DNA from: Lobosporangium transversale
Taxonomy: Eukaryota
DNA: 64,000 nucleotides
Assembly: GCF_002105155.1 (NCBI RefSeq)
Contig: NW_019028992.1
Span: 682,001-746,000 of the forward strand
Direction: 5' to 3'
The notes beneath the pieces were generated by a model. That model was not told the origin of the DNA. It made no database searches and saw only the letters and a program-made list of their open reading frames with translations. Of the stretch, positions 25,697 to 37,080 are shown piece after piece; the stretch's first letter is position 1; each line of letters starts with the position of its first letter. Made by a program: the position numbers and the translations under genes.

Positions 25697-28112
25697 ATTA
25701 TTAAGATGAAACTACTTGTGTATAATAGGTACTTGAGGCGAGGTGTAGTATTAAGAAGAGGCAATCTAGGGAGACAAGGAAATAGCAATGCCTCACAGAC
25801 GACAAGTGTACAAAGACTTTTTTTTTTTTTTTTTTTTTTTTTTCCCTGTATAAAAATTTGATGCTATAATACAACACCAGCAATTATATAGAAAGGGACG
25901 TAGAGATTACTGTTTGGGTCAATGTCAAAAAGCAAGGAAAGGAGGAAGAATGGAAAAGAAGAAAAGAAGAAAAGAACGAACAGACCACTTTATATGAATT
26001 ATGAATCTTTGAAAATGTCAATAAGAGCCAAGCGATAGAACTTTTCGACCGGGTAACAGTCGAGTATTGATTGTTGTAATTTGTAATGCTGTGATGAAGA
26101 AAGAGAAAAAAAAGCACAAAAGTAATGTCAACAAAGGGCGGGTATAGGTCTACCCGGATTGCAAAGCTGTATACTGTACAATTGACATGGTCCTTTATTG
26201 AGTAACAACAAATAACATGAACACCTTTTCCTTTGTTTGGCATTGAATAAGGATGAGATAGGCTACTGAATGGATAAATAATGTAAATAATGTAAATAAA
26301 GGAAAGCGAGAATGGAGTCCATGCGACCCAACTACAGCCCAATTCAAACAAAAATGTGGCGTGTAGAAGGAGGATGGACCTTAATCGCTTCTTTTTCTGC
26401 TTTTTTCTTAATCTAAAAAGCCTATCGGTTCCACAAAAAAAAAAAAAAAAAAAAAAAACAAAAAAAAGAGCTGAAAGTGATCGAAGGGTATTGAAGCGGC
26501 TCTACACCTCCATACAACGTTAATGTTAAAAAAAAGAGCTGAAATACTCCATCTAACCCTCATGCTTATTAGTCATTACTGTTGTTACCGTCTTTGAAAG
26601 TGCAATAACTCAGAGCACAACCAGCTTCTTTTTGTTTCTGATTTTTCTTTAGATAAATTGTTATTGTTGATATTGGTGTTGTGTTTGTGTAATCATTGAT
26701 TGCCATGGATATATGTTATACCGTGTACACGAGTTTATCCACTTCCTAAAGAGTCTAAAAACACTTTGATCTCTTCACACAACAAAACCTCCCTTTTCAA
26801 GGAGCAAGCATGCATTCTTCGCATCACCTTTCGCCTTTTAATTAGTTTTATTTTACTTTGAATATATCTATTCTACAGACATCGCACTCTGCCATTTGAG
26901 GACTAAAACCACAACTTCGATCTTAGAAACATTGGCCCACTAAATCTCTGTTGAAAATAAGGGGCCTCTCCGAGGACAAAGAGTGACAAATGTGAGCCAT
27001 AAGGAGGCAACAAAGAGATGCAGTGGAGAAAAGGTGAATGAGGGAAGTGGTCTTTGTACAGTCGAGCAAAGACAAGACGTAATGATTCTATCATTTGCGA
27101 CGAATTCACATCGCTTTTTAGCCAGTGTGTGATATTACAGCCATGATGTTGATGGCAAAATGAACCGAATGTCATTTTAAGGAAAGGAGTCCTTAGTGAC
27201 AAATAACGCCACTAATTTTATTGAGGAAACTACACGTGAAGTTTTCTAAAACTTTTTTTCCAATGCCCTGATCCCTCTCTTCATAACCACATTCGGTCTC
27301 TCGAACTCCGCTCATCCTAAACAAAGAAGGTGGCATTTCCTGAGATGAGTAAAGTAGCAACCAAGAAAATATGGTTGATAATCAAGAGCAGTCAGAAGCA
27401 AAGGAATGAATACATTTCTGAATTGGAACACCACCACAAAAGACTTCACCCCTGTCTGTTCAATGCAAGGTAACAAAGGTATGAATGCGAAAGGAAGCCG
27501 CGGCCATACTCGATATACAGCATGTACCATTAAGGAGTGAATCACAAATAAAATCAATTTTTCAATACACTCGTCAACCGATACACAGTAAAATCAGGTT
27601 CAGGTCCAAAGGTGATTTCTATGTGGCCCCCCCTCCCCTCAATCCAGGCCAATTAGAGCCCATATATTCCAAAAGTCTTCATGTTGCATCCATTTAACCC
27701 ACCAATATCACTTCTCGGACGTTTGACAGTAATTCCGCTGACTTGGTTACAGTGACCTCGATGATTCAGTTAGACATATCGAAATCAAAATCAGGATCAC
27801 GACGATATCATTGGTAATAGGGACAAAAAAAGATTAAATAAAGAGAAATGCAAAATGAAATGGGATAGATTAGTGAGCTTGATCTCCCTTTTTCTCTCTA
27901 TATCAAAATAATAGACAACTGAGTATCAAGGCCAAACATCACAAAGAAGCAAGTGGAGGCGTCAAAGAGGGGAGAAAATGAGGTTGATGTTCGATGGCTG
28001 TGTTAAATACCACGTGATACACAAAATTTTCGCGTTTGTTTACGTTTACGGGGCAGTGGTATAAAAAGCAATGAGGAATGATCATTGTTCCATCCTTTCA
28101 CAACTTGTTACA

Positions 28113-29539
28113 ATGGCTGCTCTCTACTCGGTCACCGTAAAGGACATCAACGCTCACGACTTCAACCGCGCCTACGCCGCTTACCTTAAGCGGTGAGTAG
28201 TTTTTTTTTATATTTTTTCTATTTGATTCTGGAGAGGCGAGACCAAAGATCCAAAAATCATGATCAAAGGATGAATAAAAAAGAGGCGAAATAGGATTTA
28301 TTTAGGATTGCGCTGCAGAGAGTTTTTTTTTTTATAATCGACGATTGATTTTGCAATCAGAACTTTCAGAACTCTAATCCTATTGCCGGCAATTTTTTTT
28401 TTTTATCCTTTAGCTCTGGCAAGCTCGAGATCCCCAAGTGGGTCGATCTCGTCAAGACCGGCACTAACAAGGAGTTGGCCCCCTATGACCCTGATTGGTT
28501 CTATATTCGTGCTGGTAATGACCCACTCCTCTCTTTCTTATGGACAAGCTCATTTTTAGACAGGGTTGCATCACAAATCAAAAAGAGTAGCAGGGATTTC
28601 AGGACTGCAACCATCTCATCTACATGACGAGGCATCTTTGACATCTTATTCAGCAAGCGGAGGCTTATCAAACACACATACAGAAAGATGAATCTGAATT
28701 TAAATCTTATATCTCCGACATGCTATGGAATACACGAAACGATGAGGCATCTCAAAAACTACAGCATCACAAATCTTACACTCCATCACTTTTGAAAAAA
28801 AAAAAAAAAAAAAAGGTCATGGATGCGGTGTATATTCATTTCTACAATTTCATACGGATATGGGCTTCTGACACTATATATTCATTCTCATCTGAAGATA
28901 TGAAGGAACTCCCAGACATATATGAATTTGGCCCAACATTAAGATATCGAAAATATATTTTACATTGGAGCAAAAAAAGAAAAACAAAACCAGCAACGAT
29001 AACAACAACAATAAAGACCGCCGTATACTTATTGATCGTGCAACACTACTCTTGATAATAACAAAAAAAAAAAAAAAAAAAAAAAAAGCAAAATTGCTAA
29101 CAGGACAACATTATTTTTATGGGTAATCTCTTTGACTGTCGGATTACAATAGCCAGCGTTGCCCGCCACATCTACCTTCGCCGTAGCGTTGGTGTTGGAG
29201 CTCTTAAGAAGCTTCACGGCGGTACGGTGAACCGCGGTTCCCGCCCTTCTCACCATGTCAACTCTTCCGGCTCAGTTGCCCGCAAGGTCCTTCAGGCCTT
29301 GGAGAAGATCAATGTCTTGGAGGCCGATGAGAACGGGTAAATGAAACGCTATTCTAATTTTTAGACTTTTGATTGCCTTCCTTTTTCTTTGAAGGATTTC
29401 TAATGTTAACTTTTTTTTTTTTTTTCTTTTCCTACTCATTCCTCCTTTTTTTACGAATGACAGTGGCCGCAAGATCACCGTTGATGGTCAGCGTGATTTG
29501 GATCGTATCGCTGCCTCTGTTTACCAAGCTCAGCAGTAA
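28113..29539 (+). CDS. RPS19: 40S ribosomal protein eS19; exons 28113-28192, 28414-28514, 29153-29336, 29464-29539
   Basis: [92 protein letters not shown]-like GTATAAAA at ~28059. Confidence 0.97.
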
Positions 29540-29825
29540 AATAACGATTTATCAAACAAAGAATAAATCCAGAATTACAAAAAAAAAAGAAAAGAAAAGA
29601 AAAGAAAAGGAGGACTCTATTAGTGTCTTGAAGTTTAGTAATGGACACAATGTTAATAGTTGGTGATGTACTACAGTCGTATTTTATGTAGTGTTAAATT
29701 AGCAACATCGGCTTTATTGTTTGCAGGGGTTCTACCAAAGGTAAATGAGCCTCACAAGGCAAAGCGCTAGACTGGTGCGACCGCCACTGGTCGTCCGTCT
29801 AGTCGTATATAAATTACACCCAGTC

Positions 29826-32358
29826 TCACTTTTTGCACATCAGGGAACACTGTAATTTCAATGCGGTCAAGGTTGTGTTTGTCTTGAGTGCCTTTGACAG
29901 CGCCAGAGCCCCCTCCACCCCAATTGAGTTGCTCTCCAAACTCAAGATGGTCAGACCTACGTTATCCTCGAGCGCCTCTGACAGCGCCAGCGCTCCTTCC
30001 TTGTCAATCCTGTTGATTTCCAAGTTCAAGGTGGCCAACGTTGTATTAATCTTGAGTGCTTCTGATAGATACAAAATTCCTCCATATAGAATTGAGTTGA
30101 AATCCAAGATCAATGTGGTCAACGCCGTGTTAGTTTTGAGTGCCTCTGACAGTGCTTTGACTGCCAGACCCCCAATTGAACTATACCTCAAGTTCAATGT
30201 GGTCAGGGTCGTGTTAGCCTTGAGTGCCTTTGACAGTGCCACAATCGCTTTATCCCCGATTATTTTGCAACTAAAGTCTAAAGAGTCAATGTCGTATTTG
30301 TCTTTGACAGTGCTAGAGCTCCTTCTCTTCCGAATGAGTCGTACTCCAAGTCCAAAGTAGATAAGGTCGTGTTAGTGTCGAGTGCCTTTGATAAGGCCAG
30401 GATCCCTTCTTTCCCAATTAGATTGCCCCTCAGGTTCAATGTGGTCAAGGTCTTGTTAGCCCCAAGTGCCTCCGATAATGCAAGAGCCCCTTCTTTTGAA
30501 ATCGAGTTGTGCTCCAAGTTCAAGGTGGACAAAGCCATATTAGTCCTAAGCGCCTCCGACAATGCCAGAGCTCCTTCATTCCCAACTGAGTTGCCCTTCA
30601 AGCTTAAGGTCGTTAAAACTGTGTCCGTCTTAAGTAAATTTACAAGTAATTGAAAATTACTAGCTCCAATCCTTTGAGGTTTCATCTCAATAGTTAACTT
30701 ATGAAGGTCTGATGACCTTTTGTGTTGTAAACTGGGGATCTTCATGAGATTGGGAGGTAGGACAATATGGATCGATCTTATCTTGCTAAGCTCTATGATA
30801 CGAACAAGTGCTTCATATCGCGAGGATGTTGAAAGTAGTTTCCACGATGCTTCTCGAAAACGTCCAAGCTCAAGTCGAAGAATCGATACACTTGACGTCA
30901 TTAAGGCGTTCACAAATGCTTCAAGGTCAGTCTTGGACCAGTCCCAGCTGAATAAGATATCCAACTCGTAAATACGTCTTGCATTGGCCAGCGCATTAAA
31001 GAATTCTCCAGCTCTGGTTCTGGACCTCAATGTGATAATTGCTCTACCAAGATATGAATCATATTTGCCACCATTCATCACCACTGCATTTTCAAATGCT
31101 TTCTGTTCCTTCTCCCTGTATGTCGAACGATAGTGCTCGAAACAAACCCATTTGACATGGCCTGTTTCGGTCGTGATCCTGTACAAGTTGCCAAGTTTCC
31201 TGTCCTCATCGTTGATTCGAAGAAATGTGCCCAGCCGTCGGAGATCAGCTCCTTCAAGTGCCTCATAGTCATCAATTTTATTCATGTTGTCCAAGATTGG
31301 ATACTCCTTAGAGAGCATTTCCATATAATTGATTGAATGATTTAGAGCGGCATCGAGATTTGGGATTGGTGTTAGAGAAGTAGCCAAGGGCATTCCCGCT
31401 TTAAGGAAATGTAAAAGGATGAGCATGTATTTCCCATACTTGCGAAAGAACTCTCTGTTATCTCGGACTTCATATCCCTCATGTTTTATGGATTTGGTTC
31501 TGGCTGCTCTTGCTTGTCTCTGCAGTGTGATCCCCACACTCACATAAGAAATGAAGACGGAACTTGTTCCCCAAAACATTCATTGGATCCCATTTGGTGC
31601 TGTCGACAGGCAGAATTATAAATAGTCGAGGAATTGGATACTCGTGTAGCTCAAAGTTCTGGACGAGGATAGCATCAGCATACTTTTGAAGGGTGGCAAG
31701 TCTATCGAGAGCCTGTTGTTGTAAACTAATTATCATTTCATCCTTCTCTTTAGCCTCCAATTGCGATTTAAGCATCTCGTCGCCCCTCCCTTTGACCTCC
31801 AGCAGCAACTCTTTAATTTGGTCAAGGCTTATCTCGTTATTACGAATAGTAAGAGATGAGTTGGATGATTGAGCCGAGTCTGATAATGATAAATTAGAGT
31901 CCTGAGAAACCGGATTTAGCGACTTTCTCGATATTGGTAAATGGATGACGGTGTCGCTGTTGTTGTTGCTGTTGTTGTTGCTGTTGTTGAGCTGCGGTTT
32001 TCTTGTAATGACGTCTAGAATCTTGTTAGGATAGAATGCAATGCGTGGAGGCTCGATTCTAACAAGATAAAAACATCTGTCAAATTGGCTGTCTCATTTT
32101 TCTTTCTAAAGCAATTGATAAGGCATGGCATGATAAATAATATACCTACCTGTTGCCATTAGAGTCTATAAGAAACGGGATGGGATGTCCATCCAATTTG
32201 AATCACAGTGCATCCGGAAACACGTCTCGAATGTCTTGCAAACTCACGTAGAATGACGAGTCGCCATTGCTTGTGGAGGTGGAAGCAGTTCTGACACAAA
32301 CTTCTTCAATGATGTTGTCGCCTGCCTCTCGGAATTGTTGGTATTGATGTTCTGTCAT
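29826..32358 (-). pseudogene. RNI-like (NLRC3-type) leucine-rich-repeat gene, pseudogenised
   Basis: ATG 32358 MTEHQYQQFRE..LQDIRDVFPDAL*FKLDGHPIPF has an in-frame TGA at 32203-32205; intron ~32150-32059; LVQNFELHEYPIPRLFIILP; frameshift near 31480 (NQIH../KHEGYEVR); 28-aa LRRs (TLTTLNLxxNSIGxEGALALSEALKTN) with another frameshift near 30290-30250. Confidence 0.85.
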
Positions 32359-33481
32359 TTCGGTGATAAATGGATGGAGGAGGAGGACAAGATGAAAGAT
32401 TTTCTCATTTCTCTATTTGTCCGAGGGAGAGGGCCGACAACTTCGCCATTCGGAGCACAATTGTCTTTCGCTTCGCTCCTCCAACTCGCATCCAATATGG
32501 TTGAGTGATCCTTTGTGACCTTCGGCTGAAGGCATAGTCTTTGTTGGGAACGTCAATGTCTTTGTACATGTAGGTCCTACTCGAACAATATTGACAACAG
32601 GATGACAGGTTCGACTTGACCAACATGCCCCTTTTTGAGGGTGAGCTGCAATATCTATTTGCAATATTGTAAATAGGACACCTTGCCAACCAATGATTGT
32701 TAGAGCTTATTGCGAAAAAAAAAAAAAAAAAAAAAAAAAACGGAAGCTGCTACCTTTGAAGAGAGTTTTCCAAGGCCATTGCCAATTATAATACAATTTT
32801 GTTGGATGCTTTCTACTTACCTCCATCGCTCATTCTCGAATAGGAGGAGTGTGTAAAGTATATATGATGGTCAAACGTTCAAAGAAGATTAAACACAATG
32901 GACATTTTTGCCCATTGATGTGTCCATAACCATCTTGAGGGCTTCGTTACGGGCCATCGTCTTACTGATCCGACCTCAGTGGGAGCGCGTTGATTGCATG
33001 GAGTAATGAAGAGCCCGAGTTGAACTGGAGATAGTAAACGTAGTCTTGTTCTAGCACGAGCACTTTAGCGTTTAAAAGAACATGCTTATTTTTTCCCTTT
33101 TGCGCAGTGGCAGAACAACACAACCAAGACGCCGCGCCGAGCTTTAAAATCTTAGTCACAATGCATGTGTTTAATTTTTGTTTGTTGGACCGCAGCATCT
33201 TTCAATGACGAGGTGAAATGTCATGGATGCCAAGAGTAGAAGGATGCCAAGCTAAAATCTGCGGTAAATGGTCTACCTAGCAATGGATTGTTAAGGATCC
33301 GGGTAGGTTTTTTATTTCGTCTTCGTATAAATACTTCAGCACTCTTTCACATTCTACTGATCATCATCCTAGAAAGCCAACTCAATAATTCATAGAATCT
33401 TCAGAGAAAAAAAAAAAAAAACACTTCATAATCGCTATCCTTACAACCATTATAACAAACCAGAACTTTTGCACCAAAACA

Positions 33482-33664
33482 ATGCCTCTCTTCAAGTCCA
33501 ACAAGAACAGGTCCAAGTCTGCGACTTCTACTCCGGTGCAGACTCCTCGCTCTTCCATGCAGGCACCACGCTTTAATCAGTCCAGCAAGATGACCCGTGA
33601 CGAAGCCCTCAAGGCCCTCATGACCAATTCGATGAGCAACCTCGCAAGCCCAGGTGTTATTTAG
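33482..33664 (+). CDS. Small protein (60 aa), M[P/S]LFKS family, copy 1
   Basis: TATAAATA at 33326, ACAATG start context, GC-richer coding island in AT-rich DNA; homologous to 38622..38834. Confidence 0.7.
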   Translation: MPLFKSNKNRSKSATSTPVQTPRSSMQAPRFNQSSKMTRDEALKALMTNSMSNLASPGVI

Positions 33665-36193
33665 AACATAAATTAGACCTCAAGTTCTTTTGCGTTTCGA
33701 TACCCGTTTCTCTCTCTCTTTTTCTCTCTCCATTTTTTTAATAGTATACTTGCAATTACATATTAGCATTAATACGATAATAATAAATTATATAATATGT
33801 AAAAGATGTCTTTCATTCATTAGTCTGTAAGCAAGCAGCGGCTGTAGTACCAATGATGAATGGTTTCAATTGAAATGCTCGACTGTACGTGGGAATGTGG
33901 ACCTGTGTCCCATAATTTTAAAGATTTAAAACCTTCTCAGAGCGTTGTTTTACATTTTTCGATTGCTGGCATGCACCTATTCTTTGTTCAATTTTTTTTT
34001 TTTTTTTTATTCTTCTCGTGGCACAGTGTATGGTAATACATTGCAAAACATGAGTTGGTGGGTGCGGAACGGCGGCCGATGTTCTTGAATTCATGTACTC
34101 TTATGAATGAAAGAAAGAAAAAAATTGCTCCGTTATGATCGTTCTTGTTCTTCACTAGCTTGTTCCATTTCCTCGGGTCGGATTCTTTTTTCTCTTCTTT
34201 TTCTTGTAACAAATCTAGGATTCATACTCAAGGCAAATCCTAAGAGCATAATTTTCTTCTGTACTGAAGAGGGAGAACAAGGGAAAGAAGAAAGGACTGT
34301 ACATGGGATAACAAAAGGGACAAGTATATATTAAGGAATGGTTCATTGTCCATATATCAAAGCATCTCAAGCATCAAGCGAATCACATGCCTCTATCTTT
34401 CAGTGCTTTCCTAGCGATGTCACGTCTTTTATGTCTACGAACCCAGCAAAGTTTACATCAAAATCCGCGCAAGTCCAGACTCCTGACAATTAATCAAACC
34501 ACCAAAGCTGTTGACATTACAGTCAAGATCATGGAAAAGTCCGAAGTTTCCGGTCTCATGTTGTTGAGTATCCGCCAATCTTGCTCATTGTGTAGGAATG
34601 GGCGCGCGCGCAGCAGTCCGCTGTTATCCAAGCTTAAATGTCCAGTATTTAAAAACAATTCAATATCACATCGCCCCTCCTGTATTCCCTTATTTATTCA
34701 TGTCTGCCAACATCTCAACAAACCGAGACATTTAAGTGTGTGTTCAAGCCTCTAGCTACTTTGTTTTCTTCCTTTTTGCCTACCTTTTTGGTTCACCGAT
34801 GAGCCAATTACTATAACATTTAGGATGGACATATTTGATAGCAACATTCACGCTGCCTACTTAAACTTTAGTAGACTCATATTCTCATTCCCAATGCTTA
34901 TCGTGTGTTAACGAAATAACGCCATATCGTAATCTGTTAGGATCAGAGCTGAATCTTGTATGTCCAGAACATATTAATTCATTGTTTACATTTCTTTCTA
35001 GTGTATTTATTCAGGAAACAAAAAAAAAAAAAAAAAAAGCCAATCAACCAATCAACAAAAGTTTATAGCTATGAACCAAGAATGCTGTCTCAGGGCTGGC
35101 AAATGTCTGTCTCAGAAGAGCATGCGCAAATGATCTTTGGCCTTACTCCTTGAAAAAAAGAAAAAAATAAAATTCAGGCACTCTTTAGCTTCTAAAGTAG
35201 GAATAGATCAAGGAACAAGATGGAATTTGTGTTTTTTATTTTATTCTATTTGAATATATCTATTCAATGCTGATACAGAAGGAACAAGAGTAAGTTTTTT
35301 TTTTTTTTTTTTTTTTACTTGATTATATCTGTTCAATATACATACACCAATGTTAAAAAAAATATGTACATGTACATGTAGTTAAACGGCGATCTAAGAG
35401 ATCCAGAACAGCCGATAATTTTTTCTTTAATTCTTTTTGTACAAAAACCACCTTGTACGCCTGTCACGTCTTATACATGTAACAATAGAGAGAGAGCACA
35501 TTCATGTACATAATCGTTCCTATTGTTCTATCTTACTATAAGGTCTTCTCGAGAGCATGAAAGCCACCTTAAAAAAGGCAGGTACATAGACTTACCACAG
35601 CCATCTCCGTGAAATGTGCGTAGACATCAGAAACCAATATGAACCATGGGCCTCAGTCCGAGACACAGCGCAAGGATCAATGCACGGCGATAATAAAATT
35701 CTAATCCTGTTTTCTAAAACCATCCATGCATCTGTGCATGCTCTCTTTTGCTTGTTTTGTGAAACAACAAGTGTCTGTGCACAAATCATTTTTGCCTGTT
35801 GAATAATCAGCCAATGTGTTACTCGTACGAGAGCCATGTAAAAAATAAAGTTTTCAGGGCGGACACTTTGGTTTTGGTGCGCACGTCCACCACTTTGTAG
35901 AACTTTTGGTTCCACACTCTGTACTCCCTACACACAATTTCTGTCGGCATGTTTCTCATGGGAGGCAGCACAAATCCTCCGTTGTAGAACATCTTGTTCC
36001 TTGTTCCCACTAGATTGGACCAAATGATCGGATTAGCAACAAAAAAAAATTCAGAAAATATGCGTGCGTCCAAGAAACATCCCGTTGCACAACAGCATGC
36101 AGTATGCACGGAGACACCCTCGTGGTAACCAAAGTAGATCTTCATTGAACTTGTGTTTCTGGCCTCCCCTTCCTCTCTTCCTTTAGGACCACT

Positions 36194-36200
36194 TATAAAA
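36194..36200 (+). promoter_or_regulatory. TATA box of the repeat-peptide precursor gene
   Basis: TATAAAA followed by a CT-rich leader, ~210 bp before ATG 36403. Confidence 0.6.
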
Positions 36201-36402
36201 AGGACACATTTCCCTCCCAAATTTTGTTCTTCACTCAAGCAGTCTTCTCCAATTCCCTCCAACTCCATCTCAAGCAAAAGAAAAAAAAAAAGCTTTCCAA
36301 GCTAACTTTGCTCTTCTCACTCTTACACATACTCCTTTTTTTTTATTCTTTATCCTCTCACTCTCACAACCACACTTGATACCTTTAATTATAAAAATAA
36401 AA

Positions 36403-37080
36403 ATGAAAATCCAAACTACTCTCCTTTTCTCCATCGCTGCTTCCATCGCCGCTGTTCAGGCTCTTCCTATTAAGCCTGAAGCTCAATATGCAGGTGGCCA
36501 ACGTTATCGCCCCGTGATGAACATTGAGCAGGAGGCTGCTGAGCCTGAAGCTCTGTACGCTGGCGGCAGTCGCTATCGCCCAGTCATGAATATTGAGCAG
36601 GAGGCTCAGTACGCTGGTGGCCAACGCTACCGCCCAGTCATGAACATTGAACAAGAGGCTACAGAACAAGAAGCCCAGTACGCAGGTGGTCAGCGTTACC
36701 GCCCCGTGATGAACATTGAACAGGAGGCTGCTGAGCCTGAAGCTCAGTACGCTGGTGGCCAACGCTACCGCCCAGTCATGAACATTGAACAAGAAGCTAC
36801 AGAACAAGAAGCTACAGAACAAGAAGCCCAGTATGCTGGTGGCCAACGCTACCGCCCAGTCATGAACATTGAACAAGAAGCTACAGAACAAGAAGCCCAG
36901 TACGCAGGTGGTCAGCGTTACCGCCCCGTGATGAACATTGAACAGGAGACTACTGAGCCTGAAGCCCAGTACGCTGGTGGTCAACGTTACCGTCCCGTCA
37001 TGAACATTGCGCAAGAAGCCACAGAACAAGAGGCTCAGTTCGCTGGCACAAGTCCCCCTCGCCCTGTCACAGCAGCATAA
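36403..37080 (+). CDS. Secreted multi-core repeat peptide precursor (225 aa; KEP/RiPP/pheromone-precursor-like)
   Basis: Signal-peptide-like MKIQTTLLFSIAASIAAVQA|LP; 8 near-identical cores [Q/L]YAGG[Q/S]RYRPVMNI[E/A]Q plus terminal variant QFAGTSPPRPVTAA; acidic spacers EA, EAAEPEA, EATEQEA; synonymous variation between repeats. Confidence 0.88.
   Translation: MKIQTTLLFSIAASIAAVQALPIKPEAQYAGGQRYRPVMNIEQEAAEPEALYAGGSRYRPVMNIEQEAQYAGGQRYRPVMNIEQEATEQEAQYAGGQRYRPVMNIEQEAAEPEAQYAGGQRYRPVMNIEQEATEQEATEQEAQYAGGQRYRPVMNIEQEATEQEAQYAGGQRYRPVMNIEQETTEPEAQYAGGQRYRPVMNIAQEATEQEAQFAGTSPPRPVTAA
36478..37077 (+). repeat. Coding tandem array, 9 units of ~54-84 bp
   Basis: Unit approximately GC(T/C)CAGTACGC(T/A)GGTGG(C/T)CA(A/G)CG(C/T)TACCGCCC(A/C)GT(C/G)ATGAACATTGAACA(A/G)GA(A/G) plus 0-2 15-bp spacer modules. 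Confidence 0.95.

Noticed and set aside
27499..27510. GCGGCCATAC resembling the 5S rRNA 5' end
   Set aside because: The following sequence does not match 5S rRNA.
27300..27560. Possible decayed coding remnant (IGTPPQK; MRKEAAAILD..RSESQIKS)
   Set aside because: Short, stop-interrupted and not assignable to a family by eye.
28620..28700. Possible C/D snoRNA in RPS19 intron 2 (ATGACGA ... CTGA)
   Set aside because: Imperfect box C, no terminal stem and no recognisable rRNA guide; needs an Rfam/snoscan search.
32542..32626. tRNA-like segment (TGTTGG..GGTTCGAC..CCAACA)
   Set aside because: T-arm stem and anticodon arm do not pair; no cloverleaf can be drawn.
36385..37029. 214-aa antisense ORF over the peptide precursor
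   Set aside because: Shadow ORF caused by codon bias and repetition; the plus strand has the signal peptide, TATA box and synonymous pattern.
36478..37077. CRISPR-like repeat/spacer appearance of the tandem array
   Set aside because: Units are in-frame coding repeats with synonymous variation and non-unique spacers; eukaryotic context, no cas genes.
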